A stretch of DNA of 64,000 nt from an uncultured Nitrososphaerota archaeon (GCA_963718895.1 CAVRAG010000008.1:320001-384000), one strand, 5' to 3'; counted from the stretch's first letter, positions 28,675-39,357 are shown. Notes: a model not told the origin generated them from the letters alone. Program-made: numbers and translations.

Positions 28675-29457
28675 TCACCAGTTGAGGTCGAAGCTGGACG
28701 AGACGTCGTTCGAGCTGAGGGCCAGTATGCCGGCCTGCGTCGTACCGGTCACGTTGCCGGGTATCATGGTCCAGGACACGTTCGCCTGGTACGACTCACG
28801 GTTCGGCAGCTGTACCGAGTACTCGCCGTTGGTGACCACTGCCCAGTATCGCTGGCCGGTCGCGACGTTGCTGAACCCGACGCTCGCAGGATAGCAGTCA
28901 GCCTTGAAGGCTGGAGTGAACCGGCCCGCCACGGTGACGGTCGGATACTCTTCCGTTGACGGCATGAGCGCCAGTGACCCGAACTTCTCGAGGTCTATGG
29001 AATTCTCTCCGTCCTTTACCTCGACCATGGCCTCGTTGTCCAGGTTGATGCTCTCCGGGATGCGGAAGTTGAGTAGCCCGTTCCTCGGAAGAGGGAGCTC
29101 GTAGCGAGCGACTCCGGCCGGGTTGAGGGCGCTGAGCTGCGTTCCGGCGTACGAGACCCTGCACTTCTCAACATACCTGTTTCCTTTGACTATGATCGCC
29201 CAGTTGCTCGGGAACGGGGTCGTGACGCGCTCCTTGAAGGTCTCGATGTAGACCGCGGGCAGCAGTTTGTCGATGACCACTATCATGACCTGGTTGCCTA
29301 CCTCGACTTCGAGGTCGTCTCTGACTGCAGCGACGACGAACTTGCCGGCTCCGGTCAGCCTCTCTACCTGGCCCTCGACGACAAGAACACCTCGCTTGGA
29401 GTCCGGTACCATCATCCGTTCATTTCCTGACGCATCTATCGCTGTTACAACTGACAT
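28675..29457 (-). CDS. Hypothetical beta-rich protein
   Basis: 260-aa ORF with host-like codon usage. Confidence 0.7.
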   Translation of the reverse strand: MSVVTAIDASGNERMMVPDSKRGVLVVEGQVERLTGAGKFVVAAVRDDLEVEVGNQVMIVVIDKLLPAVYIETFKERVTTPFPSNWAIIVKGNRYVEKCRVSYAGTQLSALNPAGVARYELPLPRNGLLNFRIPESINLDNEAMVEVKDGENSIDLEKFGSLALMPSTEEYPTVTVAGRFTPAFKADCYPASVGFSNVATGQRYWAVVTNGEYSVQLPNRESYQANVSWTMIPGNVTGTTQAGILALSSNDVSSSFDLNW

Positions 29458-29621
29458 GGTTCGAAGTGAGTGTCTGGAGTATAACTACCCGGTGTATTTT
29501 CCGCATCGGATTGTGTTTTTTGTAATGGGTTGTAGTCGAGCCCCGAGATCTGGACGGACGACCAAGGAGTTTAATCAGCTAAGCTTAAGAGTTCCTGAGG
29601 AGAACCCCGGGTCGGGTTCGG

Positions 29622-30140
29622 ATGAAGCCAAAGACGGCGACGGCATCGTTCAGACTGGACGAGTCCGCCCTCGAGGCCCTCCAGGAGGACTCGAAGAAGC
29701 AGAACGTCAGCGTTAACACCCTGATCAACCAGCTGATCCTCACCTACGCCAACTACGACAGGCCGATGAAGAGGTTCCACATGGTGAAGGTCTCTGCTTC
29801 CACGTTCAGGCACATCCTCCAGGCGGCACAGGAGGAGACGATAATCGGAGCCGGGAACCTGGCGGGCAGCGACGGTCCGAGGACCTCGATCCTCGCCAAG
29901 TCGGGCGAGCTTACGGCCGAGAGCGCTCTCAGCTATCTGAAGACCATGGGCAACTACTCGGCCCTCTTCGAGTACAGCGAGGTGATGCACGGGGGGAAGG
30001 TCAACGTCACCCTGACTCACGACTTCGGTCAGAAGGGGAGCCTCTTCCTCCAGGAGTACGTGCAGGCAATCTTCGGGCCGATCGGCAAGCGACCGAAGTT
30101 CCAGGCGGACGAGCACGCAGTGCTCTTCGAACTCGAGTAG
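29622..30140 (+). CDS. Ribbon-helix-helix DNA-binding domain protein
   Basis: TASFRLDESALEALQEDSKKQNVSVNTLINQLI. Confidence 0.75.
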   Translation: MKPKTATASFRLDESALEALQEDSKKQNVSVNTLINQLILTYANYDRPMKRFHMVKVSASTFRHILQAAQEETIIGAGNLAGSDGPRTSILAKSGELTAESALSYLKTMGNYSALFEYSEVMHGGKVNVTLTHDFGQKGSLFLQEYVQAIFGPIGKRPKFQADEHAVLFELE

Positions 30141-30246
30141 TACGGACCAAAGCCCGATCGCATCCGGATGGGGCTGTTGATTACAACTTCACGCAAAAAA
30201 TACCAAAGGTTCAAGAGCCGCCGCGTGCCGGAACTCTTAGATTTCG

Positions 30247-30492
30247 ATGCCCAACTCGAATCACGAAGCGACTGCCTTCTTCAAGCTGGAGGGAGGGAAC
30301 GAGTCTGGGCAACACGAGAGGCTAAGGCGCGTCCTCGGCAAGCTCAACGGTGTTCTCGAGGTCAGGGTCAACTTCATCCTCGACACGATGGCGGTCCGCT
30401 ACGACTCGGACGTGCTCACCCGGGACGAAATCAAAAAGAGAGTCGACAGAAGCAATGACAGGTCCGTGTGGCCTTCTCTGGGTTCGTGCTAG
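30247..30492 (+). CDS. HMA-like ferredoxin-fold protein lacking CxxC
   Basis: LGKLNGVLEVRVNF...VRYDS...TRDEIKKRV. Confidence 0.55.
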   Translation: MPNSNHEATAFFKLEGGNESGQHERLRRVLGKLNGVLEVRVNFILDTMAVRYDSDVLTRDEIKKRVDRSNDRSVWPSLGSC

Positions 30493-30600
30493 TCGCCTTC
30501 GCGCTTCGCGTCCAACATTCCCTACAATCACCGCGTTGCAGTTCCATACAAAAAATACCTGCCCCTTAAGTGACGAGGCTACCCCGGAGACTCGATTAGC

Positions 30601-30921
30601 TTGGCTAAGAGAGATAAGGGCAGCGAGGCCGCGGCGGAAGCGTCCCTTGAAGATATCAGGAGAGACCTAGAAAAGAAGATTGACCAGATTAAGGCGGAAC
30701 TCAAGGAGAAGGGTCCCGAGGCTGCAGCGGCGATCGAGGAGTCCCTTGACGCACTCAAGTCGAACCTGGAGACCAGACTGGACGACTTTCATGCGACCAT
30801 CGACGACCAGCTCGATGCGGGACGCAGGGAGATCAAGAAGCAACCACTGATGGCCGTCGGGATCGCAGTCCTGGTCGGCGTGGTTGCCGGAATGCTCCTT
30901 GGAAGAAAGTGCAAAGACTAG
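30601..30921 (+). CDS. DUF883/ElaB-YqjD-like tail-anchored protein
   Basis: Coiled coil then IKKQPLMAVGIAVLVGVVAGMLLGR. Confidence 0.8.
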   Translation: MAKRDKGSEAAAEASLEDIRRDLEKKIDQIKAELKEKGPEAAAAIEESLDALKSNLETRLDDFHATIDDQLDAGRREIKKQPLMAVGIAVLVGVVAGMLLGRKCKD

Positions 30922-31203
30922 TTGTCCATCCTAAACGACGTCCTCCGGCTGGTCTCTGACGAGATCTCTGTCCAGCTGAAGCACGCGCTCGAAGCGTACA
31001 CGAGGAGGATCATCCGCCGGGCTATCAAGGTGCTCATCCTCTGCGTGGTCGGCCTCACCTTCCTTGGGGTGGGGTTCGTCTTCATGCTCTACGGAACGGC
31101 GACCTACCTCGGCCAGTTCATTTCCAGCGGACTGGCGTTCGGGCTCGTCGGCCTCATAGCGGCCCTCGTGGGGATAATCATGATTCTGCTCGTAAGGAGG
31201 TAA
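30922..31203 (+). CDS. Two-TM membrane protein (holin/YqjE-like)
   Basis: Two hydrophobic helices; directly follows the DUF883-like gene. Confidence 0.6.
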   Translation: MSILNDVLRLVSDEISVQLKHALEAYTRRIIRRAIKVLILCVVGLTFLGVGFVFMLYGTATYLGQFISSGLAFGLVGLIAALVGIIMILLVRR

Positions 31204-31216
31204 AGGGGAGACCGAG

Positions 31217-32281
31217 ATGTCGACGAGCGAGTATCAGCTCCCAAATCGGTGCTGAAGTGGGTGGCCCTAGGGCTGCTCCTCAGCTCCGCCGTCGTCATCG
31301 CGATCTCGATATTCTCAGGCGTGAAGTTCTCAGACCTCACGAAGCTCGGCTATCTGACGTTCGCTCTGGCCGCGGGGGTCTCCGCGTCTAGGCTGCTGGT
31401 CCAGATAGTCAGGTTCCGGGTCATAACGCTCGGCCTTGCGGGGGACCCCAGGCCCAATCTCAGCGGGCTGGCGCTCACCAGGGTCGCCAGCGAGTTCGTC
31501 TCCCTCTCGACCCCCGCGACGAGCATGGGCGTCTTCGTTCGCACCGCCTGGCTGAAGGGAAAGGGGATAGACGGGGGAAGGGCCCTCTCTATCGGCTACT
31601 TCGAGGTCCTCATCGAGATATATGTCGGGGCCGGTCTCGCCCTCCTCGCCGCGATCTACGCCCTCTCGAAGGGGGCAGTGGTCATCGGGTCCACGATCAT
31701 CCTGGTCGCGACGGTCTTGATCGTCGGGTACACCGTGATCTTCATCATCCCGGCCCTGAGGGGGATCAAGGTCCCCCACTTCCTCTTCACGCTTTCGCGG
31801 TACATGATCGGCGGGCCAAGGGCCGACGACCTCTACCTCCGCGCCGTCGTCGGCTCCCTGAACTTCTCGCTCTCGGCACGCGCGATAGTGAGCAGGGAGG
31901 CGCTGCCCGTCGTCGCCAAGGCGGTCGCGCCTGACGATCGTCGAGGACTTCCTGGTGGGCGCGGCTCTCTGGCTTGTCCTGAACGCCGCGGGGCTGAAGA
32001 TTGACCTCTTCTACTCGACCCTCGCAGCCTACGGCGTGGTCGCCATCGCCCAGATCCCCGTGACGATAGGCGGGGCCGGAGTCACCGAGCTCACGATGAA
32101 GACCTACCTCACCACCGTCTACGGCTTCTCTTCGTGGGCGCCGATCGTGCTGTGGCGCATCGCGACGTATCAGGTCATGCTGGCCGTGACGGGCATCGTC
32201 TTCCTGTTCTTCATGCGCAAGGCCACCGCGCAGTCACGAGCGGCGTCTCCGAAGATCGCATTGGAGGCAGTGCCGGCATGA
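31217..32281 (+). CDS. Lysylphosphatidylglycerol-synthase-TM (flippase-like) protein, frameshifted
   Basis: IPVTIGGAGVTE and WRIATY motifs; joined from ORFs 31249..32004 and 31955..32281; possible extra indel near the start. Confidence 0.75.
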
Positions 32282-32766
32282 CCGCGACCGGGGCAGAGAG
32301 GGACGTTATGAAGCTCGAGGCAAGGTATCCCATAGTGAAGACCTTCAGGTTCGCCATCGCGGGCGCCCTCGGCTTCGGGGTCACCGAGGCCGTGCTGACC
32401 ATCGGCCTCCTGCTCATCTATGGGAGGTTGACCGTACCTCACGCTAACTATTCCTCGGTCGAACTCCTCAGCCTGGACGTCCTGTCTCTGGTGATCGGCG
32501 TCTCCGCGTCCTTCTTCATCAACGAACGGATAACGGTCAACGTGAAGGAAGTTGCGACGGAGGCGAGGAGCAGGCTGGGCAGGTTCCTGAAGTTCCAGGC
32601 CGTGAGCGGGGTGGGGAACACGGGCATCGTCATGGTCCAGCTCCTTCTCCTGTCCGCGATTGTGCTTTCGCCCCTCCTGGGTACAATCGTCGGCGCGGTG
32701 GTCACCTATCCGGTCGTCTACTTCATCTCGATCAAGTACGTATGGAAAGGACATCACGTTAGATAG
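32278..32766 (+). CDS. GtrA-family membrane protein
   Basis: FRFAIAGALG, FFINERIT, RFLKFQ, KYVW. Confidence 0.8.
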   Translation: MTATGAERDVMKLEARYPIVKTFRFAIAGALGFGVTEAVLTIGLLLIYGRLTVPHANYSSVELLSLDVLSLVIGVSASFFINERITVNVKEVATEARSRLGRFLKFQAVSGVGNTGIVMVQLLLLSAIVLSPLLGTIVGAVVTYPVVYFISIKYVWKGHHVR

Positions 32767-32788
32767 GACTCAGGTATTGGTGAAATAG

Positions 32789-33109
32789 TTGTCAGCGAAT
32801 TCGGGAAAGCAAGACTTTGCGGAGAACTTCAGGACCTCGGTTCACGGCGGGCTGGACAAAGTCCTGGGTCAGAGCGGGGCCGAGGCGGTCCTCATGCACA
32901 TGAAGATGACCGACAACCTGCCTGATCCGGCCGAGTTTCACAAGAAGCTGCTCGCTCTCTTCGGGGAGAAGGGGACGCTCTCGCTGGAGAGGGCGATAGT
33001 CAAGGACCTGGCGATACGGCTCAGATGGTCGCTTGCCGTCCTGAACAAGGAAGACAGTTTCGACTTCAGCGCGACCATGCGCGCGATTGAGAAGGGAGTG
33101 AAAGCTTGA
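32789..33109 (+). CDS. Small helical hypothetical protein
   Basis: VHGGLDKVLGQSGAEAVL...PAEFHKKLLALFGEKG; overlaps the ATPase start. Confidence 0.65.
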   Translation: MSANSGKQDFAENFRTSVHGGLDKVLGQSGAEAVLMHMKMTDNLPDPAEFHKKLLALFGEKGTLSLERAIVKDLAIRLRWSLAVLNKEDSFDFSATMRAIEKGVKA

Positions 33110-34539
33110 CAACCAGAAAGGAGCTGCCGCAGAATACTCCAGTCCAGCTGGAGCATCAGACAGGGACGACGGGTTCAGGGGCAGAGGACCTCATCGAGAC
33201 GAGGATCGCCTCGGTCCTCGGCCTGAAGCAGTTCATGCAGGGACCGATCCGGACGCTGCTCATCAAGGGGCTCGCGGGCACGGGAAAGACCACCGTCGCC
33301 CTGGAAATACTCAAGGCGGCGGGCAGGGGGAAGGGTGCGTACGTCTCCTCGCGGGTTCCATTAGACCTCCTGGAGACCCACATCCCCGCGATGAAGGACA
33401 CGCTGCGCAACCAAGAGTTCCTGGACATCAGGCTGGAGGACGCCGCGTCGGTGCTCGACCTCGTCATGCAGCTCACCGAGCCGAAGAAGTTCAGGACGAT
33501 AGTCTTCGACAGCTGGGACGGTCTTGCGAAGGAGCTCGACCAGAAGGAGAGGCTGCGGGCAGAGAAGACTCTGATGGCCCTGGCGCACAACTCGGGGGCC
33601 CAGCTCGTCTTCGTCAGCGAGGAGCCCGGCGCCACGACCATAGACTACCTTGTCGACGGCATACTCGAGCTGGTAACGGTCGAGGAGCAGGACCGCACGG
33701 TGCGCGAGTTCATCATACACAAGCTCCGAGGCACGAAGATCCCGCAACGCAAGTACATCTTCACGCTGCTGGACGGCAAGTTCACGTTCTTCGGACCCTA
33801 CTCAATCCCCGATTACACCAAGATGAGCAAGATCGCCCAGAGGCCCGACATCGGCGAGTCCTACTCCTTCGGGAGCGGCGCCCTGGACAGGCTCTTCGGA
33901 GGCATGATCCCGGGGAGCACGCTCTCGATCGAGTATGACGAGAACGTCCCTTACTCGGCCCTGCGGGCGATCGAGTACCCCCCAATAATCAACTTCCTCT
34001 CGAGGGGGAGGAGCGCCGTCCTCCTGCCGCTTCCTGGCGCGAACGACGAGATAATCAACTCGATCCTTGCCAAAGCGGTGGGGAAGAGCGTCGTGAACCA
34101 ACGGCTGCGCATCCTCAACATCTTGAGGACGAGCGACCTCAAGACGGCGAACCTGCCCAAGAACGTCACGCCCCAGGAGATCCACGAGATAGTCACCAAC
34201 GAGACCTCGGAGCTGCGAACGAGGTCGGTGGACAAGACGGTCCTTCTCGTGAAGTCGGTGAGCGCCCTCGAGAACCTCTTCGCCTCGGACCTGGACTCGC
34301 TGCTCGAGGTGACCTCCCAGGAGATCATCACTCTCCAGCAGTCCCACGACGCCCACATACTGTTCCTGCCCAAGGACTCGCCCATCAGGTCGCGCATCCT
34401 CTCGATGAGCTCCAGCTACGCGAAGCTCTTCGTAAGGGACGGGACGGTCCTGATGTTCGGAGTGAAGCCCCATACCGGCATCTACGCGCTCCAGCACCTC
34501 GAGGACCCGATCTCGCCGTCACTGACTCAGCTCGTCTGA
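33106..34539 (+). CDS. KaiC/GvpD-like RecA-superfamily ATPase with two domains
   Basis: GLAGTGKTT, IVFDSWD, DYLVDGI, HKLRG; second domain degenerate (LDRLFGG). Confidence 0.8.
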   Translation: MTTRKELPQNTPVQLEHQTGTTGSGAEDLIETRIASVLGLKQFMQGPIRTLLIKGLAGTGKTTVALEILKAAGRGKGAYVSSRVPLDLLETHIPAMKDTLRNQEFLDIRLEDAASVLDLVMQLTEPKKFRTIVFDSWDGLAKELDQKERLRAEKTLMALAHNSGAQLVFVSEEPGATTIDYLVDGILELVTVEEQDRTVREFIIHKLRGTKIPQRKYIFTLLDGKFTFFGPYSIPDYTKMSKIAQRPDIGESYSFGSGALDRLFGGMIPGSTLSIEYDENVPYSALRAIEYPPIINFLSRGRSAVLLPLPGANDEIINSILAKAVGKSVVNQRLRILNILRTSDLKTANLPKNVTPQEIHEIVTNETSELRTRSVDKTVLLVKSVSALENLFASDLDSLLEVTSQEIITLQQSHDAHILFLPKDSPIRSRILSMSSSYAKLFVRDGTVLMFGVKPHTGIYALQHLEDPISPSLTQLV

Positions 34540-34958
34540 TGAGCGCCGCGGACGGCATCGGAGGGCTGAGCGAACTCGTTCTCCTCCCACATGTCGTACG
34601 CCGCCGCGGACGAGGATGCCTGCGCGATTATCGTGACTCCCAGGACGAAGTGAAGGAAGACGATGAATTCCTTGAAGGGCACCCCGACTATCGACGCGTC
34701 GGTGAGATAAAGCGGGACGCCGAGGACCCCATCGAACACTGCTAGCTGAAATGTCGCCTTGGTGATCCGCTTGATCCTGTCGGGACACGGGGTCCTGCGA
34801 ATCCGAACGAAGATGAAGTACGCCATGGCGACCACGGCGAGGCCCAGGAGGACGTGCAGGTCGAGGTTCGCGGCGTATCCCAAGATCGGGAAGAGTGCGA
34901 TGACCATCTCGAGGAGGACGGCCCAGATGATCAAGTACATCAGAGCCCAGGTCTTCAT
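34527..34958 (-). CDS. Four-TM membrane protein
   Basis: MKTWALMYL...; two His in TM helices; C-terminal AYDMWEE. Confidence 0.7.
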   Translation of the reverse strand: MKTWALMYLIIWAVLLEMVIALFPILGYAANLDLHVLLGLAVVAMAYFIFVRIRRTPCPDRIKRITKATFQLAVFDGVLGVPLYLTDASIVGVPFKEFIVFLHFVLGVTIIAQASSSAAAYDMWEENEFAQPSDAVRGAHQTS

Positions 34959-35103
34959 GCCATCCACTCGGGCCGGGAGCAGTAATAAGATGGGGACCCG
35001 TTTCTCAAGAGTGGGAATCGGAGCAGGGGTTCCCGCCAGGAGGGCAGCCGGAGTCCTTTGGAATCCATAAATAAGATACGAGGGCCACAACCAACAGGAA
35101 TCA

Positions 35104-35614
35104 ATGGTCACCACGAAAAGACCTCAGAAGGTCAGGCCCATACCGGCGGGCTTCCGTACAGTCACGCCCTACCTCTCGGTAGCAGGAGCTGCCAAAGCGA
35201 TCGCGTTCTACAAGAAGGCGTTCGGCGCCAAGGAGCTCATGCGGAACGCCGGACCTGACGGTTCCATAATGCACGCGCGGATCAAGGTCGGCGACTCGGT
35301 CATAATGCTCTCGGACCAGTACGGCGGTCCCGGCGAGGGGAGGCGCCAAGCAACCCACAGGCGGAGTGACGCTGCATGTGTACACGGAGGACGTGGACAG
35401 GATGTGGAAGAACGCCCTGGCGGCCGGGGCGAGCGTCGACATGCCGCTCGACAACCAGTTCTGGGGGGAGCGATACGGACAGCTGGTCGATCCCTTCGGC
35501 CACCGCTGGTCGATCTCGATGCAGGTCTCCATGACCAAGGAGGAGAAGGAGGCAAAGCAGAAAGCGGCGATGGCGATGTTCTCGGCCGGCGAACACCCCG
35601 GTCGAGAATCCTAG
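35104..35614 (+). CDS. VOC/PhnB-family protein, frameshift near 35345
   Basis: TVTPYL...AIAFYKKAFGA; DNQFWGERYGQLVDPFGHRW. Confidence 0.9.
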
Positions 35615-35618
35615 ACAG

Positions 35619-36272
35619 TCACTTGATGGGCTGCCGGAGAATCGTCCTGAGCTTGGAGGGGGAGGCCCGCCTCGGGTCGCCGAGATAGACCTCGTGATGC
35701 CTTCCGTTGGGGGCGTAACCGTTCAGCGCCATGAATTCGCGGATCTTCTTGATCGTGGCCTGCTCCGCCGAGTACGGGCCGACATGCATCACCTGGGCGG
35801 AGAGGCCTTCGCCGAACCTCTCCAGCCGAAACGTGACGAGCGACTTATCCTTCTTCCCAATCTCGTCCCCAGCCGCCGCGACGACCTCGGGTGTCACCAC
35901 CTCAGGCTGCACAATCATCAGGGTCCATCGCCAGGTGTCCCTCGCCATTGAGTCGAAGCCGACGGAAGATCCTCCGCTCGACCACAGGCCTTCGAGCGCC
36001 GTGACGGGGAACTCGACCCTATCCCTCTTCTTGAGTCCGAACTTGATCGTGTAGGCAAGGCAATAGAGCGTCTGGACCGCGGTCTGGAAGGGCTGCGCGT
36101 TCGGGTCCCCGGCGCCGTCGACCATCAGGAAACTCATCTCCGGCACATCCACAACCTGCACGGCCTTGGACGAGGGAGTGAAGAGGAACTTGAGCTGCGC
36201 CTTCAGGTCGATCTTCACGGGTTTCAGAGGGGCCACCACCCTTCGGGAGCTCTCACCGCCCGATATAGCCAC
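35619..36272 (-). CDS. GyrI-like small-molecule-binding protein
   Basis: DGAGDPN, LEGLW, HVGPY, HHEVYLGDPRR. Confidence 0.88.
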   Translation of the reverse strand: MAISGGESSRRVVAPLKPVKIDLKAQLKFLFTPSSKAVQVVDVPEMSFLMVDGAGDPNAQPFQTAVQTLYCLAYTIKFGLKKRDRVEFPVTALEGLWSSGGSSVGFDSMARDTWRWTLMIVQPEVVTPEVVAAAGDEIGKKDKSLVTFRLERFGEGLSAQVMHVGPYSAEQATIKKIREFMALNGYAPNGRHHEVYLGDPRRASPSKLRTILRQPIK

Positions 36273-36372
36273 CCGACACGATTCCCAACTTTGAAAACGC
36301 GAGCCAGCGATCTCTCGGAGTCATCTCGCCGGGGCGCTTTCGGGCCGGCGGCAAAACCTTACAGTCCGGCGA

Positions 36373-36609
36373 GTGAGCAGCCTAGGTGTGCTCATCAGGG
36401 TGCGGGTGACTCCGAACGCGAAGCGGGCCCGCGTGACCAAGGTCGCGGAGACCAGCTTCGAGGTTAAGGTCGACGCGAGGGCCGAAGACGGAAGGGCAAA
36501 TCGGCGTCTCCTTGAGATTCTTTCCGAGCACTTTGACGTTCCGAAATCTAAGGTCTCAATCGTGAGCGGGGTGAGATCGAGGGACAAGCTCCTGGACGTC
36601 TTGCTCTGA
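36373..36609 (+). CDS. DUF167 (YggU) family protein
   Basis: VRVTPNAKR...DGRAN...SGVRSRDK. Confidence 0.88.
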   Translation: MSSLGVLIRVRVTPNAKRARVTKVAETSFEVKVDARAEDGRANRRLLEILSEHFDVPKSKVSIVSGVRSRDKLLDVLL

Positions 36610-36858
36610 CGGCTCGACCTCCGCGAAGGCGGTTTGGGATGAGAGGGTCGAACAGGGATGGTGCCCCCCATCTGGAGCAGCTCTCCAATTCCAGGATTGC
36701 AGTGATCGTCCTTCTCGCCGGTGCTCTGTGCCTAAGTGTAGGAGAGACTGGCGAGTCCCCGCGATCCGGAACCTGACAATCAAGGGCCTGCGGTGGGCGA
36801 GCGACCCGGAGGCCATTGAGAAAGAGATAAGGGAGTCGTGCGGCAGACGTGGCTCTCT

Positions 36859-37524
36859 ATGAAGGTGGAGAGATGGGCCGAGGTCGACCGCTACATCAAT
36901 GACCTGCTCGCGCCTTCGGACGAGGCGCTGGACGCCGCCATCAAAGCCAGCAGAGCGGAGGGCCTGCCGCAGATCAACGTGACAGCGAACCAGGGCAAGA
37001 TGCTGCAGATACTGGCGCAACTTCAGGAAGCACGCGACATTCTGGAGATAGGCACACTCGGAGGCTACAGCACCATCTGGCTCGCCAGGGCGCTTCCATC
37101 TGACGGCCATCTGGTCTCGCTGGAGATTGACCAGAGGCATGCGGCGATTGCCCGCGCCAACATCTCCCGTGCGGGCCTGGACGGCGTCGTGGAGGTTCGT
37201 CTCGGGCGAGCCCTCGACACGCTCGCGGCCTTTGTGGCCGGGGGCCACAGGCCTTTCGACCTCATCTTCATCGACGCCGACAAGGTGAACCTGGCCGCGT
37301 ACTTCTCGTGGGCGCTCAAGCTCTCACACTCCGGTAGCCTGATGGTCGTGGACAACGTCGTTCGCGATGGTGAAGTCATAGATGAATCGAGCGCTGACCC
37401 CGATGTCCAGGGCGTTCGCCTGTTCAACGAGCGCCTTGCGGCCGAGCCTCGCGTGACCGCGACCGAGATCCAGACGGTCGGTAGCAAGGGATATGACGGG
37501 TTCGCTCTGGTCCTCGTCAAATAG
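36859..37524 (+). CDS. O-methyltransferase (caffeoyl-CoA OMT-like)
   Basis: LEIGTLGGYS, FIDADK, VDNV, KGYDGF. Confidence 0.93.
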   Translation: MKVERWAEVDRYINDLLAPSDEALDAAIKASRAEGLPQINVTANQGKMLQILAQLQEARDILEIGTLGGYSTIWLARALPSDGHLVSLEIDQRHAAIARANISRAGLDGVVEVRLGRALDTLAAFVAGGHRPFDLIFIDADKVNLAAYFSWALKLSHSGSLMVVDNVVRDGEVIDESSADPDVQGVRLFNERLAAEPRVTATEIQTVGSKGYDGFALVLVK

Positions 37525-37689
37525 GACAATCAGTGGGCCGGTCCAGGGGAACCTAGCGAGCTCTTGTCATGGTCTTCCTTGTCGCAACCCTCCAGCTCGC
37601 ATAGACGGAGGGCGTTTGGAATCTAGCGTGCAAGGCAGCGGAGCCGCGAGCGCGTCCAAGAGCGACGAGGTGGGAGTCAGGTCTTCGGC

Positions 37690-37815
37690 TCATCGAAGCT
37701 TTTTGACCTTGCGGTTCCTGCTCCGGTAGACGCGGTAGAGGATGTAGCCCATGCCAGCGGCGAGGAGCGCGTAGAGCACAAGCACGAGAAGGAGGAGAGG
37801 GTCGCCCGCGGCCAT
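37690..37815 (-). CDS. 41-aa single-TM protein
   Basis: Hand translation MAAGDPLLLLVLVLYALLAAGMGYILYRVYRSRNRKVKKLR; AT-rich box about 25-30 bp upstream. Confidence 0.6.
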   Translation of the reverse strand: MAAGDPLLLLVLVLYALLAAGMGYILYRVYRSRNRKVKKLR

Positions 37816-38033
37816 TTTACTCGGGAACCGCCCTGAGATTATTTACGCTTTCTCAAGCCCGGGTCGAGGTCGCAACCGCTCGGCTAACTCCCGGAACTCG
37901 AATCGAGGCATGGGTGCGACCGAGGTCTCCGCAGAGGCCGCTTCGTTGCCAGAGCTTCGCCCGTCCCAGGGCCGACCGTCCCGGAGTCCCGACCAAGGCG
38001 ACTATACATACACGGGTCGACCACCCGAGATGG

Positions 38034-38636
38034 ATGAGGGAGAGACTCGTCATCGTCGGCTTTGGCGACTCCACCACCGCGGGGACGCCCGGGTTCCTTT
38101 CTCCCGTGGAAGCTCCTCCGAACGGGAGCGGCAACCCCGAGAGTCAGTACGGCTACTGGGTAGCGGCAGCCCGTCCGGGATGGAAGGTCGTCAACAGGGG
38201 GGTGAACGGGCAGCGGACGGACCAGATGCTCGCAAGGTTCGGCCGCGACGTCATCCTCGAGAAACCCGAAGTTGTCGTGGTGCTCGGAGGGGTGAACGAC
38301 ATCTATCAGGGGCGCGGACCCGATGTCGTCAGGGACAACCTGCAGATGATGTATGAGCGGGCAGAAGCTTCGGGGATCGTTGTCGTCGGCGCGTCGATTC
38401 TCCCGTACAACTCTGCTGGCCGGCGCGAGATCGAGGCTATCAGATTGGTGAACTCGTGGATCGAGGGGAGGTCCAAGAACTCCGTGATGCTCTTCTGTGA
38501 CACCAACAGAGCGGTCCGCGACCCTGCAGACCCTGACGCGCTCGGATCGACACCAGATGGACTCCACCCGGACGTCGACGGGTACAGGAAGATGGGCGAG
38601 GCCCTGGTGAAGACCCTCAGCGATGCCGGGTATTGA
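38034..38636 (+). CDS. SGNH/GDSL hydrolase
   Basis: FGDSTTAG, NRGVNG, GGVND, DGLHP. Confidence 0.93.
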   Translation: MRERLVIVGFGDSTTAGTPGFLSPVEAPPNGSGNPESQYGYWVAAARPGWKVVNRGVNGQRTDQMLARFGRDVILEKPEVVVVLGGVNDIYQGRGPDVVRDNLQMMYERAEASGIVVVGASILPYNSAGRREIEAIRLVNSWIEGRSKNSVMLFCDTNRAVRDPADPDALGSTPDGLHPDVDGYRKMGEALVKTLSDAGY

Positions 38637-38667
38637 GCCGCAGAGCTACTGACTAGCTCCGGATCTG

Positions 38668-39357
38668 TCAGATGGTCGCCGCGGGCTTCCGCCTCTTGGC
38701 GAGGTAGGCTGACACGGTCATCATCCACAGAAGGATTGAGGCGATCAGCGTCCTCTCGGTAATCCCCCCTATGCGCGAGGCGAGGTGAGGCAAGACGAAA
38801 GGGAGCCCAAACAGGAGCGCAAGAAACAGGACAGCGACCGCTGCCACCGGCAGGGCTAGTTTCTTGACGGGGCGCATCGCGGGATCCTCACCGAACTGAA
38901 GAGAGAGAAGGAGGACACCTAGGGCCCCGCCCACGAAGGCGAGGAAGGCCACGACGAGGTGGATCTCACCGTGCCAGGAGATCGGGGTCGCAGGGACGTC
39001 CGTCGGGAACACCGCCAGCAGCAACGCCCCGACGCCCCAGAGGCCGACCAATAGGATGCCTCTCCGGTATCTGGCGATCTCGGCCCCCACGGCTTGAGTC
39101 CTGACGAAGGCGTAAAGGAAGGCGAGCGAAAGCAGGCCTCGGTTGACGAAGTTCAGGGCCATGATGTACCCGTAGGGTCCGACGGCGAGGTCGCTCTCGG
39201 CCGTGTTGACCGGGTTGTAGTGGGGTGGCAGCAACTGCGCTACGATGTCCAGCAGAAGGTAGAGGATGACCGCCACATCGACCGCAAGGAAGAGCCGCCG
39301 GGTGGCAGTCCCGGGCGAATCAACCCGAGGTCCCCCGGCCCCTGTTCCGCCGGTCAT
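38668..39357 (-). CDS. DUF998-like membrane protein
   Basis: YNPVNTAESDLAVG, FPTD, HGEIH, GITER. Confidence 0.8.
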   Translation of the reverse strand: MTGGTGAGGPRVDSPGTATRRLFLAVDVAVILYLLLDIVAQLLPPHYNPVNTAESDLAVGPYGYIMALNFVNRGLLSLAFLYAFVRTQAVGAEIARYRRGILLVGLWGVGALLLAVFPTDVPATPISWHGEIHLVVAFLAFVGGALGVLLLSLQFGEDPAMRPVKKLALPVAAVAVLFLALLFGLPFVLPHLASRIGGITERTLIASILLWMMTVSAYLAKRRKPAATI

